DNA of 44,571 nt, from positions 1-44,571 of IMG/VR virus record IMGVR_UViG_3300031555_002573, one strand, 5' to 3'. The translations under genes and the position numbers were made by a program. Below, piece after piece: positions 9,725-18,118 of the stretch. This DNA comes from a virus. Lineage: Duplodnaviria; Heunggongvirae; Uroviricota; Caudoviricetes. How positions within the stretch are numbered: the first letter of the stretch is position 1; every line of letters starts with the position of its first letter. The notes beneath the pieces were generated by a model. That model searched no databases, was not told the DNA's origin, and worked only from the letters and a program-made list of their open reading frames with translations.

Positions 9725-10174
9725 ATGATTACTAGAAACGATTGTTATTTATTATTAGCAGAATTGGCGGATAGGGGAGTAGACACATCAACTCAAATAA
9801 AAGATTTGATGTCGTCCCCTACCCCCTCTATTGAAGTTATAAAATTTATTAACGATAATAGAGAGTTAAATTTAACTGCTTTTTATGAAAGACTTAGAAA
9901 GAATTATAATCATAAAAAATCTAAGTTATATGTAAACATAATGAAGGATGCCGAGCATCCACAAGATGTGCTAGTTACTTTATCTAGTCTATTGACACAA
10001 ATATTTTTATTTGCTAAAAATGTAGACAATAGACAAATGTTTTTAAGACATTCTAGAGCAGATGAAATATCTAAAGTATTATCAACTTATTTTAGGGAAT
10101 TTGATTTAACTGGGTGTAATAAACTAATTAAACTAATTAAAATAGATATAAAAGCATTAGAATCTATAAAATAA
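9725..10174 (+). CDS. Hypothetical helical protein in the head module
   Basis: AGGAG SD; 149-aa ORF between portal and protease; no motif recognised. Confidence 0.6.
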   Translation: MITRNDCYLLLAELADRGVDTSTQIKDLMSSPTPSIEVIKFINDNRELNLTAFYERLRKNYNHKKSKLYVNIMKDAEHPQDVLVTLSSLLTQIFLFAKNVDNRQMFLRHSRADEISKVLSTYFREFDLTGCNKLIKLIKIDIKALESIK

Positions 10175-10175
10175 A

Positions 10176-10271
10176 TATAATATATATTATATATTATATA
10201 TAATTAATATTGTATATATATTATATATATTTAACTTAACCTGTAAACAGGTCTATATATATTATATATAT
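10176..10271. repeat. AT-rich structured locus: palindromes and 18-bp direct repeats
   Basis: Palindrome TATAATATATATTATA (10176-10191); identical TATATATATTATATATAT at 10213-10230 and 10254-10271 flanking the inverted repeat ACCTGT-AA-ACAGGT (10239-10252); TATTGTATA at 10208-10216. Confidence 0.8.
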
Positions 10272-10288
10272 TATTTTTTGTTTGTCAA
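10261..10288 (-). promoter_or_regulatory. Consensus sigmaA/sigma70 promoter on the minus strand
   Basis: Minus strand reads agTTGACA-aacaaaaaataatata-TATAAT (16-nt spacer) and shares AGTTGACAAACA with the promoter at 40928. Confidence 0.6.
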
Positions 10289-10393
10289 CTATTTTAAAAA
10301 ATTTATTTTTTGATTTCATTAAAATTTCTAATGTTTTTTTACACTAAATTATATGTAGATTAATTTAGAAATAAATTAAAGATTACAGACAGG

Positions 10394-11932
10394 ATGATAT
10401 TTATGTTAGAGAGTTTTAATCTGAATAACGAACTAGAATATCAGAAATTATCACCTGATGAACAATCAGCAAGAGGTATTCTTGGTAGATTAAAGGGTGT
10501 TATTGCTGATTTTAAAAATCCCACTCGTAATGGTAGAAAATACACAGAAGAACTTTGGGAACAAACTTTCAATAATCCTATAATGAAGGAAAAAATTGAA
10601 AACAGATGTTTGTTCGGAGAACTTGGACATCCAACTGACCGTCAAGAAGTTGATATGGAGAAGATTGCGATTTGTATGGCAGAAACTCCTAAAAAAGGTT
10701 CAGATGGAAAATTACATGCTGTGTTCGATATTTTAGCTACCCCTTGTGGAAAAATACTTAAAACACTCTGTGACTACGGATGTAATATCGGAGTATCAAG
10801 TAGAGGTAGTGGAGATACATACACCGACTATGACGGACAAGAGATTGTAGATAAAGATACTTTTGATTGTGAATGTTGGGACGCAGTTTTAATTCCTGCA
10901 GTAAAGGAAGCAAGACTACAATATGTTAATGAATCTCTACAATCAAAGAAAACATTAAAGTCTGCATTGTGTGAAGCACTTGAAAGTGCCAATGATGTAG
11001 ATAAAAAAATAATGAAAAACAAATTGGATGAGTTATCAATTGATTATTCACCTGAAAAGGTTGATAATATAGAGAATGTCGAAGAAAATGAGGCAGCCGA
11101 CAATAACGGGGTATCGTTAGTATCCGACCTTCAGGAAGCTTTAAAGAAGAACAGAGAACTTGAAAACCAACTTATAGTCCTCCAAGAGAAGTTATCAGTT
11201 AGTTATACTAAAGAGGCAGAATTGAGGGACACTCTAACAAAGTATAAGGGTTCTATTCAGGGGCTTACAGAAAGTGCCAAAAAAGGCAGATTGATGGAGC
11301 AAAAAGTTTCTGCTTTAACTTCCGAACTTGCATCAAGAGATGCGAAAATTTCAAAACAAGAGGATGCCATTAGACACCTTCAAGAGAGTAGAAAGACATT
11401 TGTTACAAAAGCAAAGTCTCTTAATGAAGATATGTCAGAAAAAGACAAGAAAATCAAATCTTTAGAAGGACAAATTGGCAATCTAAATGAGAGCATTAGA
11501 AACCTTAATGCTTCCAACAAAAGAGAGAAAGAAACTCTTATAGAAAACATCGAAGAACTAAAAAAAGATTCTGCGATAAAACATTCAGAGTACTCTTCAA
11601 AACTATCTAAGGCAAATCAATTGGTAGAGAGATACAAAAAAATTGCCAACGAATCAATAGCAAAATATATAGAATCTCAAGCATTGAGAATTGGTGTAGA
11701 TAAAGCTGAAATTAGAAATAGATTATCTGAAGGGTTCTCATTTGATGACATTGATAGAGTTTGTGAAGATTTGCAAGACTATAGAGTCAATATAAGCAAA
11801 CTGCCATTTAATGTATCACAAAAAACTAATGTAAAAATGAAAATCAAAGAATCGAAAGAGCCTATAAGACCTGCGAATAGGCTATCAGATGAAATAGATG
11901 ACCAACTAATGTCATTAGCAGGTTTATTATAA
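10394..11932 (+). CDS. Prohead protease (T4 gp21-like) fused to a coiled-coil scaffold
   Basis: N-terminal NPTRNGRKY, FGELGHP, IGVSSRGSG, WDAVLIPA motifs; long heptad coiled coil with many (L/I/V)xE-(S/A/G/D) sites. The start may be ATG 10403. Confidence 0.88.
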   Translation: MIFMLESFNLNNELEYQKLSPDEQSARGILGRLKGVIADFKNPTRNGRKYTEELWEQTFNNPIMKEKIENRCLFGELGHPTDRQEVDMEKIAICMAETPKKGSDGKLHAVFDILATPCGKILKTLCDYGCNIGVSSRGSGDTYTDYDGQEIVDKDTFDCECWDAVLIPAVKEARLQYVNESLQSKKTLKSALCEALESANDVDKKIMKNKLDELSIDYSPEKVDNIENVEENEAADNNGVSLVSDLQEALKKNRELENQLIVLQEKLSVSYTKEAELRDTLTKYKGSIQGLTESAKKGRLMEQKVSALTSELASRDAKISKQEDAIRHLQESRKTFVTKAKSLNEDMSEKDKKIKSLEGQIGNLNESIRNLNASNKREKETLIENIEELKKDSAIKHSEYSSKLSKANQLVERYKKIANESIAKYIESQALRIGVDKAEIRNRLSEGFSFDDIDRVCEDLQDYRVNISKLPFNVSQKTNVKMKIKESKEPIRPANRLSDEIDDQLMSLAGLL

Positions 11933-11978
11933 ATAATTTATAACATATTAATTAAATTCTAAAAAGGAGAAAAAAATT

Positions 11979-13298
11979 ATGAATTTACTCGAATCTTATG
12001 CAAAGAGACTTTCAGTTTCTGAGAGTGTTTATGCAAAGCAACACATGGGTGCCAAAATGGATACTCATAAGAAATTGACTGTTGCCAAAGTTCTTGAGAA
12101 TACTAACAAATTTATGAATGAAGCTTTCGAAGGAACAATGGGAACACAAAGAGCAGACATGGGTGCTTTCAAGAAATTCTGCTTGAACTTGACCACTGTT
12201 GCTCTCCCCAACTTAATCGCAAATGACCTTGTTCTTGTTAGCCCAATGTCTTCAATGACTGGTTACATCACCTACATTGAGTACGCAGCTGGCACCAACA
12301 AGGGTGAGACCACAACTGATGATGTGTTCAACAGCCCCTTCGGTCTTGGCAAAGTTGACCCCAACTACACTTCCGATAGAATTGTTGAGCCTGTAACAGC
12401 TGGTGAGGAGTTTACTCCTGCTTGGACTCCTGTTGAAGGTTCCATCAGATTCCTTGTTGACGGTGCTTGGGTTGAAGGCGAAGTTGGAACAGTTCCTGCG
12501 GGCGCAACAAAAGTTGCTTATATCTATGACAACATTGTTGTTCCTCAAAAGAATGCACTTCCTACTGTTAGAGCTGAAATGAAATCAATTTCTCTACTTG
12601 CTAAAGCAAGAAGAATCGCTGTTTACTACAGCCAGATTGCTGCTTTCCAAGCAAAAACTGATTATGGTTTTGACCTAGGCGACCAATTAGCAGAAAAAGC
12701 TGTTGGACAACTTTCCTATGAAATTGATACTGAAATTGTTCAATTCCTTGATACTATTGCCAAAGAGAATGAAGACAAAATTCCTACTTGGAGTAGAGTT
12801 GTTCCTGCCGGTATTTCAAAAGCTGAGCATTATGAAAGTTTTGCAGAGGCTATTGAGTTTGGTAGACAAATCATTTATGATAGAACAAAGAGATTTGCTC
12901 CTAACTACATGGTGATTGCTTCTGACATTCTTCCTATTTTGACCTTTATGAGAGGCTTTACTGCTGCTCCTGCTGGTCAAATCAATGGTCCTTACTTTGC
13001 AGGTACCTTGAATGGTCTTAAGGTGTATGTATCTCCTGCTATCGAAGCTGGTAGATACTTACTCGGTGTGAACGGTGATGATATGATGAGCTCCGTCGCT
13101 GTTTATGCTCCTTATATGGCTGTTGTTCCTACCCAGCTTCTACAATATGCTGATGGCGGAACATCACAAGGTTGGTCAACAATGTATGACCTTAAGAAAT
13201 TGAACGGTAACTTAATTGTGGCTGGTAGTGTTAAGGGTGATGCCTTCGCAACTGTTGGCTCTGATAGCACCACTCCCTTCTTCAATTCAGTTGTCTAA
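11979..13298 (+). CDS. Major capsid protein (T4 gp23-like)
   Basis: Strong AAAGGAG SD; LIANDLVLVSPMSSMTG, AKARRIAVYYS, LSYEIDTEI, AVYAPY motifs; followed by a strong terminator. Confidence 0.93.
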   Translation: MNLLESYAKRLSVSESVYAKQHMGAKMDTHKKLTVAKVLENTNKFMNEAFEGTMGTQRADMGAFKKFCLNLTTVALPNLIANDLVLVSPMSSMTGYITYIEYAAGTNKGETTTDDVFNSPFGLGKVDPNYTSDRIVEPVTAGEEFTPAWTPVEGSIRFLVDGAWVEGEVGTVPAGATKVAYIYDNIVVPQKNALPTVRAEMKSISLLAKARRIAVYYSQIAAFQAKTDYGFDLGDQLAEKAVGQLSYEIDTEIVQFLDTIAKENEDKIPTWSRVVPAGISKAEHYESFAEAIEFGRQIIYDRTKRFAPNYMVIASDILPILTFMRGFTAAPAGQINGPYFAGTLNGLKVYVSPAIEAGRYLLGVNGDDMMSSVAVYAPYMAVVPTQLLQYADGGTSQGWSTMYDLKKLNGNLIVAGSVKGDAFATVGSDSTTPFFNSVV

Positions 13299-13338
13299 TC
13301 AATAACCTACAATTTAATAGATTAATTAAAGTCTAATA

Positions 13339-13380
13339 AGTGGCTGACTGATAGAGATGTCAGTCAGCCACTATCTTTTT
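13339..13380 (+). terminator. Intrinsic terminator after MCP
   Basis: AGTGGCTGACTGA-loop-TCAGTCAGCCACT (13-bp stem), then ATCTTTTT. Confidence 0.85.
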
Positions 13381-13400
13381 ATTAGGGGTGAAATATATAA

Positions 13401-14117
13401 ATGGATTTATCAGCTTATAAAGATGAGATACTCTTTAAACTGACTGGTGGAGTGTTAGAGTGTGAACTTGGTGATAAGGAAATTACTCAAGTATTAGCTA
13501 TGTCTCTACGAGAGGTACAAAGATATATTGACACCACTGTTATTAAAACTATACCATATTCAAGATGCATTGATTTATCTGAGTATAATGTGAGTTCAGT
13601 GTCTAGAGTGTATAGAGCAAAGGGATTTGTAGCAACTGATTCAGACACAAATAGTTTAAGTCCGGCAGACCCTATGTATGCCTCACAGTGGCAGTTGCTT
13701 TCCGGCGTAGGTAATATGTATAATTTTAATGACTATGTATATAACTACGCTTCTTATAATACTCTACAACAAATTAGAAACACCACATCAACAGATTTAG
13801 CTTTTAGGTATGATAAACCTTCAAATAAATTGTATATAAATATAGCAACTGATTTACCCGAAAAAATAACAGTTGAGTATGTTCCAAGATTTAATGATGT
13901 ATCAGAAGTGACTTCTGACTACTGGATTGATATTATAGTCAGATTGGCTACAGCTTTGGCCAAAGTGACATTGGGAAGAATTAGAACAAGATATACTCAA
14001 AGTAATGCCTTATGGCAACAAGATGGTCAAACTATGTTGGATGAAGGAAATCAAGAACTGGCAGACATAAGAGAAAAACTACAAGCCAGTACTCAACTAG
14101 TTTATCCCATAGATTAA
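13401..14117 (+). CDS. Neck / head-tail adaptor protein (T4 gp13-like)
   Basis: Follows MCP; N-terminal ILFKLTGGVLECEL and C-terminal ALAKVTLGRIRTRY...DGQTMLDEG match the gp13-like pattern. Confidence 0.75.
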   Translation: MDLSAYKDEILFKLTGGVLECELGDKEITQVLAMSLREVQRYIDTTVIKTIPYSRCIDLSEYNVSSVSRVYRAKGFVATDSDTNSLSPADPMYASQWQLLSGVGNMYNFNDYVYNYASYNTLQQIRNTTSTDLAFRYDKPSNKLYINIATDLPEKITVEYVPRFNDVSEVTSDYWIDIIVRLATALAKVTLGRIRTRYTQSNALWQQDGQTMLDEGNQELADIREKLQASTQLVYPID

Positions 14118-14142
14118 AATAATAAGTAAGGAGAATAGATGA

Positions 14143-16524
14143 ATGAGTCAATATTTATCCGAAGCCTTTAAGAAATTGGAATTCCTTAATGAAGATACAT
14201 TTCCAGTTACTGAAAAAGGCTTAAAAGATTTTGTTGAGTTTGAAGATAAAGATGATGAGGAAGATATTGTAACAATCATAGATGATGAGGCTGATACTAT
14301 TGATGATATTAGTGACTCATATGTTGGAAAAGTTATACTAGATTGTTGTGTATGTCATTCTAAATTGTACAAGGATGTTGAGGATGTAATTATTGAGGAT
14401 GACCTCGCAAATGTTGGTGAGGAGTGTCCTTTCTGTTATACCGGCGATGGTTACAAAGTAATTGGTCAAGTAGCTACCTTTGGTGAGGAAGCAGAAGAAA
14501 AAGATGATGAAGAGAAGGCAGAAGAAACAAAAGATGGTGAAGAACTTGAAGAATCAGTTGTTTCTAAAAAGTCTAAAAACAAGAGAGTAAGAGAGTTTTT
14601 ACCTACACCTCCAATGCCCAATGTCGGTGGACTATTTGAGGATGAAGAAAAAGACCTTGATGAATTTATGGATGCCAATATCACATTAGACGCTAAGGGA
14701 TTTGGTGGTAAAGACAATAATGTATCAGTACTAGGTGGCAAAATACCATTTGGTGAGGATAAAGAAATTGAAGAAGGCATCTTTGATAAGTTCAGAAAAA
14801 ACAAAAATAGCAAAGAGGCTGAACCCGTAAAGGATAATGAAGAGCCACAAAAAGAAGAAGAACCTGAAGAGAAGAAAGATGTATTCGCTACATACTCTTA
14901 TGATGAATGGATAGGAGCTCTTGAATCTGCACATAAGTATTGGGCAGAGGATGGCCCTGAAGCAGCTAAGATGAAGCTTGGTAGCAAGATATTCGGAAAT
15001 CTGTACAAAGACATTGTTGCTTGTATGGATGCTTGGATGAAACATAAAGGCACAGGTAACTTTCCTCACAAAACATATGCTAAACACCTAGAAGAAGCTC
15101 ATAAAGCCTTTGAAACTGATGATGAGTTAACAGAGGGAATTTTTGGCATCAAAACAAAGAAAGACAAAGAACGAGAGGCTAAAGAAAAAGCTGCGAAAGA
15201 AGCGAAGAAAAAAGCTGATAAAGAAGAAGCTGAAAGAAGAGAGCAAGAACGCCAAGCTGATGTGGCTCGTGGTTGGGGAGAATGGGAAGAACGTAAGAGA
15301 CAAGCTGAGAGGGATTACAATAGACGTCGATATGATAGCATACGTGGTGATAAACCCTCTAATACTGGCTACAGAGGCGTGAACTATAGTGGTGGTGATT
15401 ACTATAGTGAAGGATTAAAGGAAGGTATTTTTGATAAGAAGAGTTCCGCAGATGTAAACAACGCTAAAAGAGAGTATGATAACGCCATAAAGAATGCGCT
15501 CGAAGGCGGAAACCTTATGAGTATGGCAGCTACAATTGCAAATTGCATTCCTGAAGCTATTGAAGAGTTTAGACTTGCTTATGACGATTATTCAGGAGTT
15601 GACGGGTCAAAAGCAGAGGGGTCAAGAGCTGAGCAGAAGAAGTCTCAAGTTTTATCTCTGATTGAGGACGCTATCAAACAACTCAAGAAACCCTCAACAT
15701 TCACTCTTCCTGCTATTCTTGTTAGCAAGATTGTTTCTACAATTGTTGAGAAGTTTGCCTCTAGCTGTGATTCTGTTCAGAAAATAAATGAGTGTAAAAC
15801 ACTCCTTAATGCAGTAAATAAAATAGAAGCAGATAAATCCATTGTCAAAGAGACTATGAAGAAGTTCTTTGAGACTGTTGTTAATCAACTAACTCAGAAA
15901 CATGCTCTAATCAAAAAACTTCCTGCTGCTAAATTAATGTTTGAATCAATCAACAACTTATCCATTGATACAGATGACACTCATATGGAAATGGCATCAG
16001 ATGAAAATGGCAAAGTAACCATTTCTACTGAACCATTAACCAATACTGCAGAATTAGATACAGAGGAGACTATCACAGAAGTTGACCCCGAAACACAAGA
16101 AGAGATTTCTAGTAATGTTTCTGATGGAGAAGAAATCGAGATAGATGTTGAAGAATTCGATGAGGAATCTTTTGATGAATTAGGAGAAGGATTCTTAAAG
16201 AGAGTATATGAGAATGTTGATTCTTTTCATACTTCTAATGTAGTGCTTGTTAATGACAAATTAAAAGTAGAAGGACTAATAAAATTCTCCTCTGGTAATG
16301 TTAAAAAGACTAACTTTATTTTTGAATCCAGAGAGGCTACAAAATCAGGAATGATAAGATTTGTAGGAAAGAACGAAGAGTTATCTCGTGGTAAAAAATC
16401 CTTTACTGTCACTGGAAGAATGAGTGGAAATAAATTCATGTCTGAAAGCCTCAACTATAATTACGGAGTTAAGAATAGTGCTGGAAAAGTCCAAAGACTC
16501 TACGGTACAATAAAAAATAAATAA
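14143..16524 (+). CDS. Large acidic head-associated protein, probable protease-processed internal/core polyprotein
   Basis: AAGGAG SD; N-terminal LSE-A; Cys cluster (CCVC...CPFC); repeated (L/I)xE sites, three of them followed by GIF. Confidence 0.6.
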   Translation: MSQYLSEAFKKLEFLNEDTFPVTEKGLKDFVEFEDKDDEEDIVTIIDDEADTIDDISDSYVGKVILDCCVCHSKLYKDVEDVIIEDDLANVGEECPFCYTGDGYKVIGQVATFGEEAEEKDDEEKAEETKDGEELEESVVSKKSKNKRVREFLPTPPMPNVGGLFEDEEKDLDEFMDANITLDAKGFGGKDNNVSVLGGKIPFGEDKEIEEGIFDKFRKNKNSKEAEPVKDNEEPQKEEEPEEKKDVFATYSYDEWIGALESAHKYWAEDGPEAAKMKLGSKIFGNLYKDIVACMDAWMKHKGTGNFPHKTYAKHLEEAHKAFETDDELTEGIFGIKTKKDKEREAKEKAAKEAKKKADKEEAERREQERQADVARGWGEWEERKRQAERDYNRRRYDSIRGDKPSNTGYRGVNYSGGDYYSEGLKEGIFDKKSSADVNNAKREYDNAIKNALEGGNLMSMAATIANCIPEAIEEFRLAYDDYSGVDGSKAEGSRAEQKKSQVLSLIEDAIKQLKKPSTFTLPAILVSKIVSTIVEKFASSCDSVQKINECKTLLNAVNKIEADKSIVKETMKKFFETVVNQLTQKHALIKKLPAAKLMFESINNLSIDTDDTHMEMASDENGKVTISTEPLTNTAELDTEETITEVDPETQEEISSNVSDGEEIEIDVEEFDEESFDELGEGFLKRVYENVDSFHTSNVVLVNDKLKVEGLIKFSSGNVKKTNFIFESREATKSGMIRFVGKNEELSRGKKSFTVTGRMSGNKFMSESLNYNYGVKNSAGKVQRLYGTIKNK

Positions 16525-16538
16525 GAGAGGTAAATGAT

Positions 16539-17585
16539 ATGTTTAATAGAATAAATGAAAGTTTTGATAGAAACTATCAACCTCTTGAAGAAGTAAAAAC
16601 ATCCGACGCAGAAATGCTAAAAAAGCTATTAACAGCAACTGCCAACAGTATGTTAAGAATGGGTAATAACAATCTTAAGGCATTTGAGATTGCCTTCCAA
16701 GAAGATATTGAGAGATTTTTTCCTGATAAATCTTGGTGGGAAGTGACCGATTGCAACATCTTTATGGAACTCTTTAATACAAGAGACCCATTTGAAGTTA
16801 TTGACACTATCATAGCAGGACTTAAAGAATCTACAAATGATGATGCTTTAGACGAAGAAGCAGATGAAGATGAATTAGTAGATAAATTAGAATCTATTGT
16901 TTCCAAACTAGATGAAGATGAGATGTCTGATGAAGACAAGCACGACAGTGAACTTATTCGTTCTATGATTCAAAAAATCCAAGCTCGTTCAAATGCCGCA
17001 TTTACTCCTGAAGAGAAAGCAGTTATGGATAAGTATGGCATCAATAGAAATAATTGGAGTAAGAAGTTAACTGTTGATGGAAGAGAGCTAAATCCTGACT
17101 TAGACGATTTCAGTCGTGAATACACCTATAGTAGAAGTTATTCAAATGGAACACCTTCGAAGATTAACTACGCTGATAGAGCTAGAAAACTTCCAGTAAG
17201 AAAACAGAATCAGATTGCTGGTGATGGGTCAGCTAGTTTTTATCAGAATGGGTTCTATAACGCACATGGCGGAAATCGTTCCATTCAAGACATCGAAAGA
17301 AACATTAGAAATGACAGAATGAGAGAACCTGTTGACTCAATGACAAGAGCTCTTAAAAACCGTAGGAGCGCACAACGTAGTATTGATGGTGCTGATGCAG
17401 AAAGAGAAAGACGTATGGCTGCTGCTCAAGCTGCATTTGACAAAGCAAAGAAGGATGCGGACTGGTGGTATGAAAACGACACTGTACAAAGCGCACGCTA
17501 TCGTGACAGAGCTCAAGCAGAGATTGATACTTTGTTAAAAAGAGACCAAAACGAATCCAAACAAATGAAAAGAGATTATGTATAA
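16539..17585 (+). CDS. Hypothetical head-region protein, probable internal protein
   Basis: GAGAGG SD; begins MFNRINE-S; internal LEE, LKE-S and LDE sites separate charged segments. Confidence 0.55.
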   Translation: MFNRINESFDRNYQPLEEVKTSDAEMLKKLLTATANSMLRMGNNNLKAFEIAFQEDIERFFPDKSWWEVTDCNIFMELFNTRDPFEVIDTIIAGLKESTNDDALDEEADEDELVDKLESIVSKLDEDEMSDEDKHDSELIRSMIQKIQARSNAAFTPEEKAVMDKYGINRNNWSKKLTVDGRELNPDLDDFSREYTYSRSYSNGTPSKINYADRARKLPVRKQNQIAGDGSASFYQNGFYNAHGGNRSIQDIERNIRNDRMREPVDSMTRALKNRRSAQRSIDGADAERERRMAAAQAAFDKAKKDADWWYENDTVQSARYRDRAQAEIDTLLKRDQNESKQMKRDYV

Positions 17586-17608
17586 CATAGTGAGGAGTGT
17601 ATAAGTAG

Positions 17609-18118
17609 ATGGACACTAATATAACAAATAAATACGGAACACTCCTTACCTCAGATATTAAACTCCATAGAGGGTGGTTCAAAGAGTTTGTTAAACTACA
17701 CGGAATAAATGTTATATATCGGGCTGTTAAGCCTGGTAAAAAGTATACCAATTATGCCGAACTGGACACAAACTTTGAACCCCCTACATTGGAGGGTTGT
17801 ATCTTTGATGAACACCCAACTCAACAAACATTGAAAAAAATGGGTTGGGTAAGTGAGTTACAAGACAGTAGTTCAATAATTCATGTAAGATATGACCTTC
17901 CTGATATACAACAAGGAGCGTTATTTATTGTCCCAAGTGGATTAGATAACGCGACTGGAAGACTATTCAGAGTTGTTAAACTGACTACTGGAATTATATA
18001 TCCTGCTACTATTACATGTGAAATAGTTCCAGAGTATGAGAACACATTTGAAGAATCTTTACACGACCACACGCACAATAGTTTTAATCTTTTGGCAGAG
18101 GAGGAAGATTATTTATGA
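17609..18118 (+). CDS. Head closure / neck protein (T4 gp14-like)
   Basis: GAGGAG SD; EFVKLHGINVIY and TLKKMGW segments; beta-rich; lies between the gp13-like and gp15-like genes. Confidence 0.55.
   Translation: MDTNITNKYGTLLTSDIKLHRGWFKEFVKLHGINVIYRAVKPGKKYTNYAELDTNFEPPTLEGCIFDEHPTQQTLKKMGWVSELQDSSSIIHVRYDLPDIQQGALFIVPSGLDNATGRLFRVVKLTTGIIYPATITCEIVPEYENTFEESLHDHTHNSFNLLAEEEDYL

Noticed and set aside
10176..10271. CRISPR-like mini-array
   Set aside because: Only two low-complexity 18-bp TA repeats around a 23-bp palindromic core; no cas genes or leader.
11928..11935. T4 late promoter TATAAATA before MCP (also at 639-646)
   Set aside because: The octamer also occurs inside genes (e.g. near 32581, 33415, 41303) and is expected by chance in such AT-rich DNA; the TATTGTATA motif is better supported.
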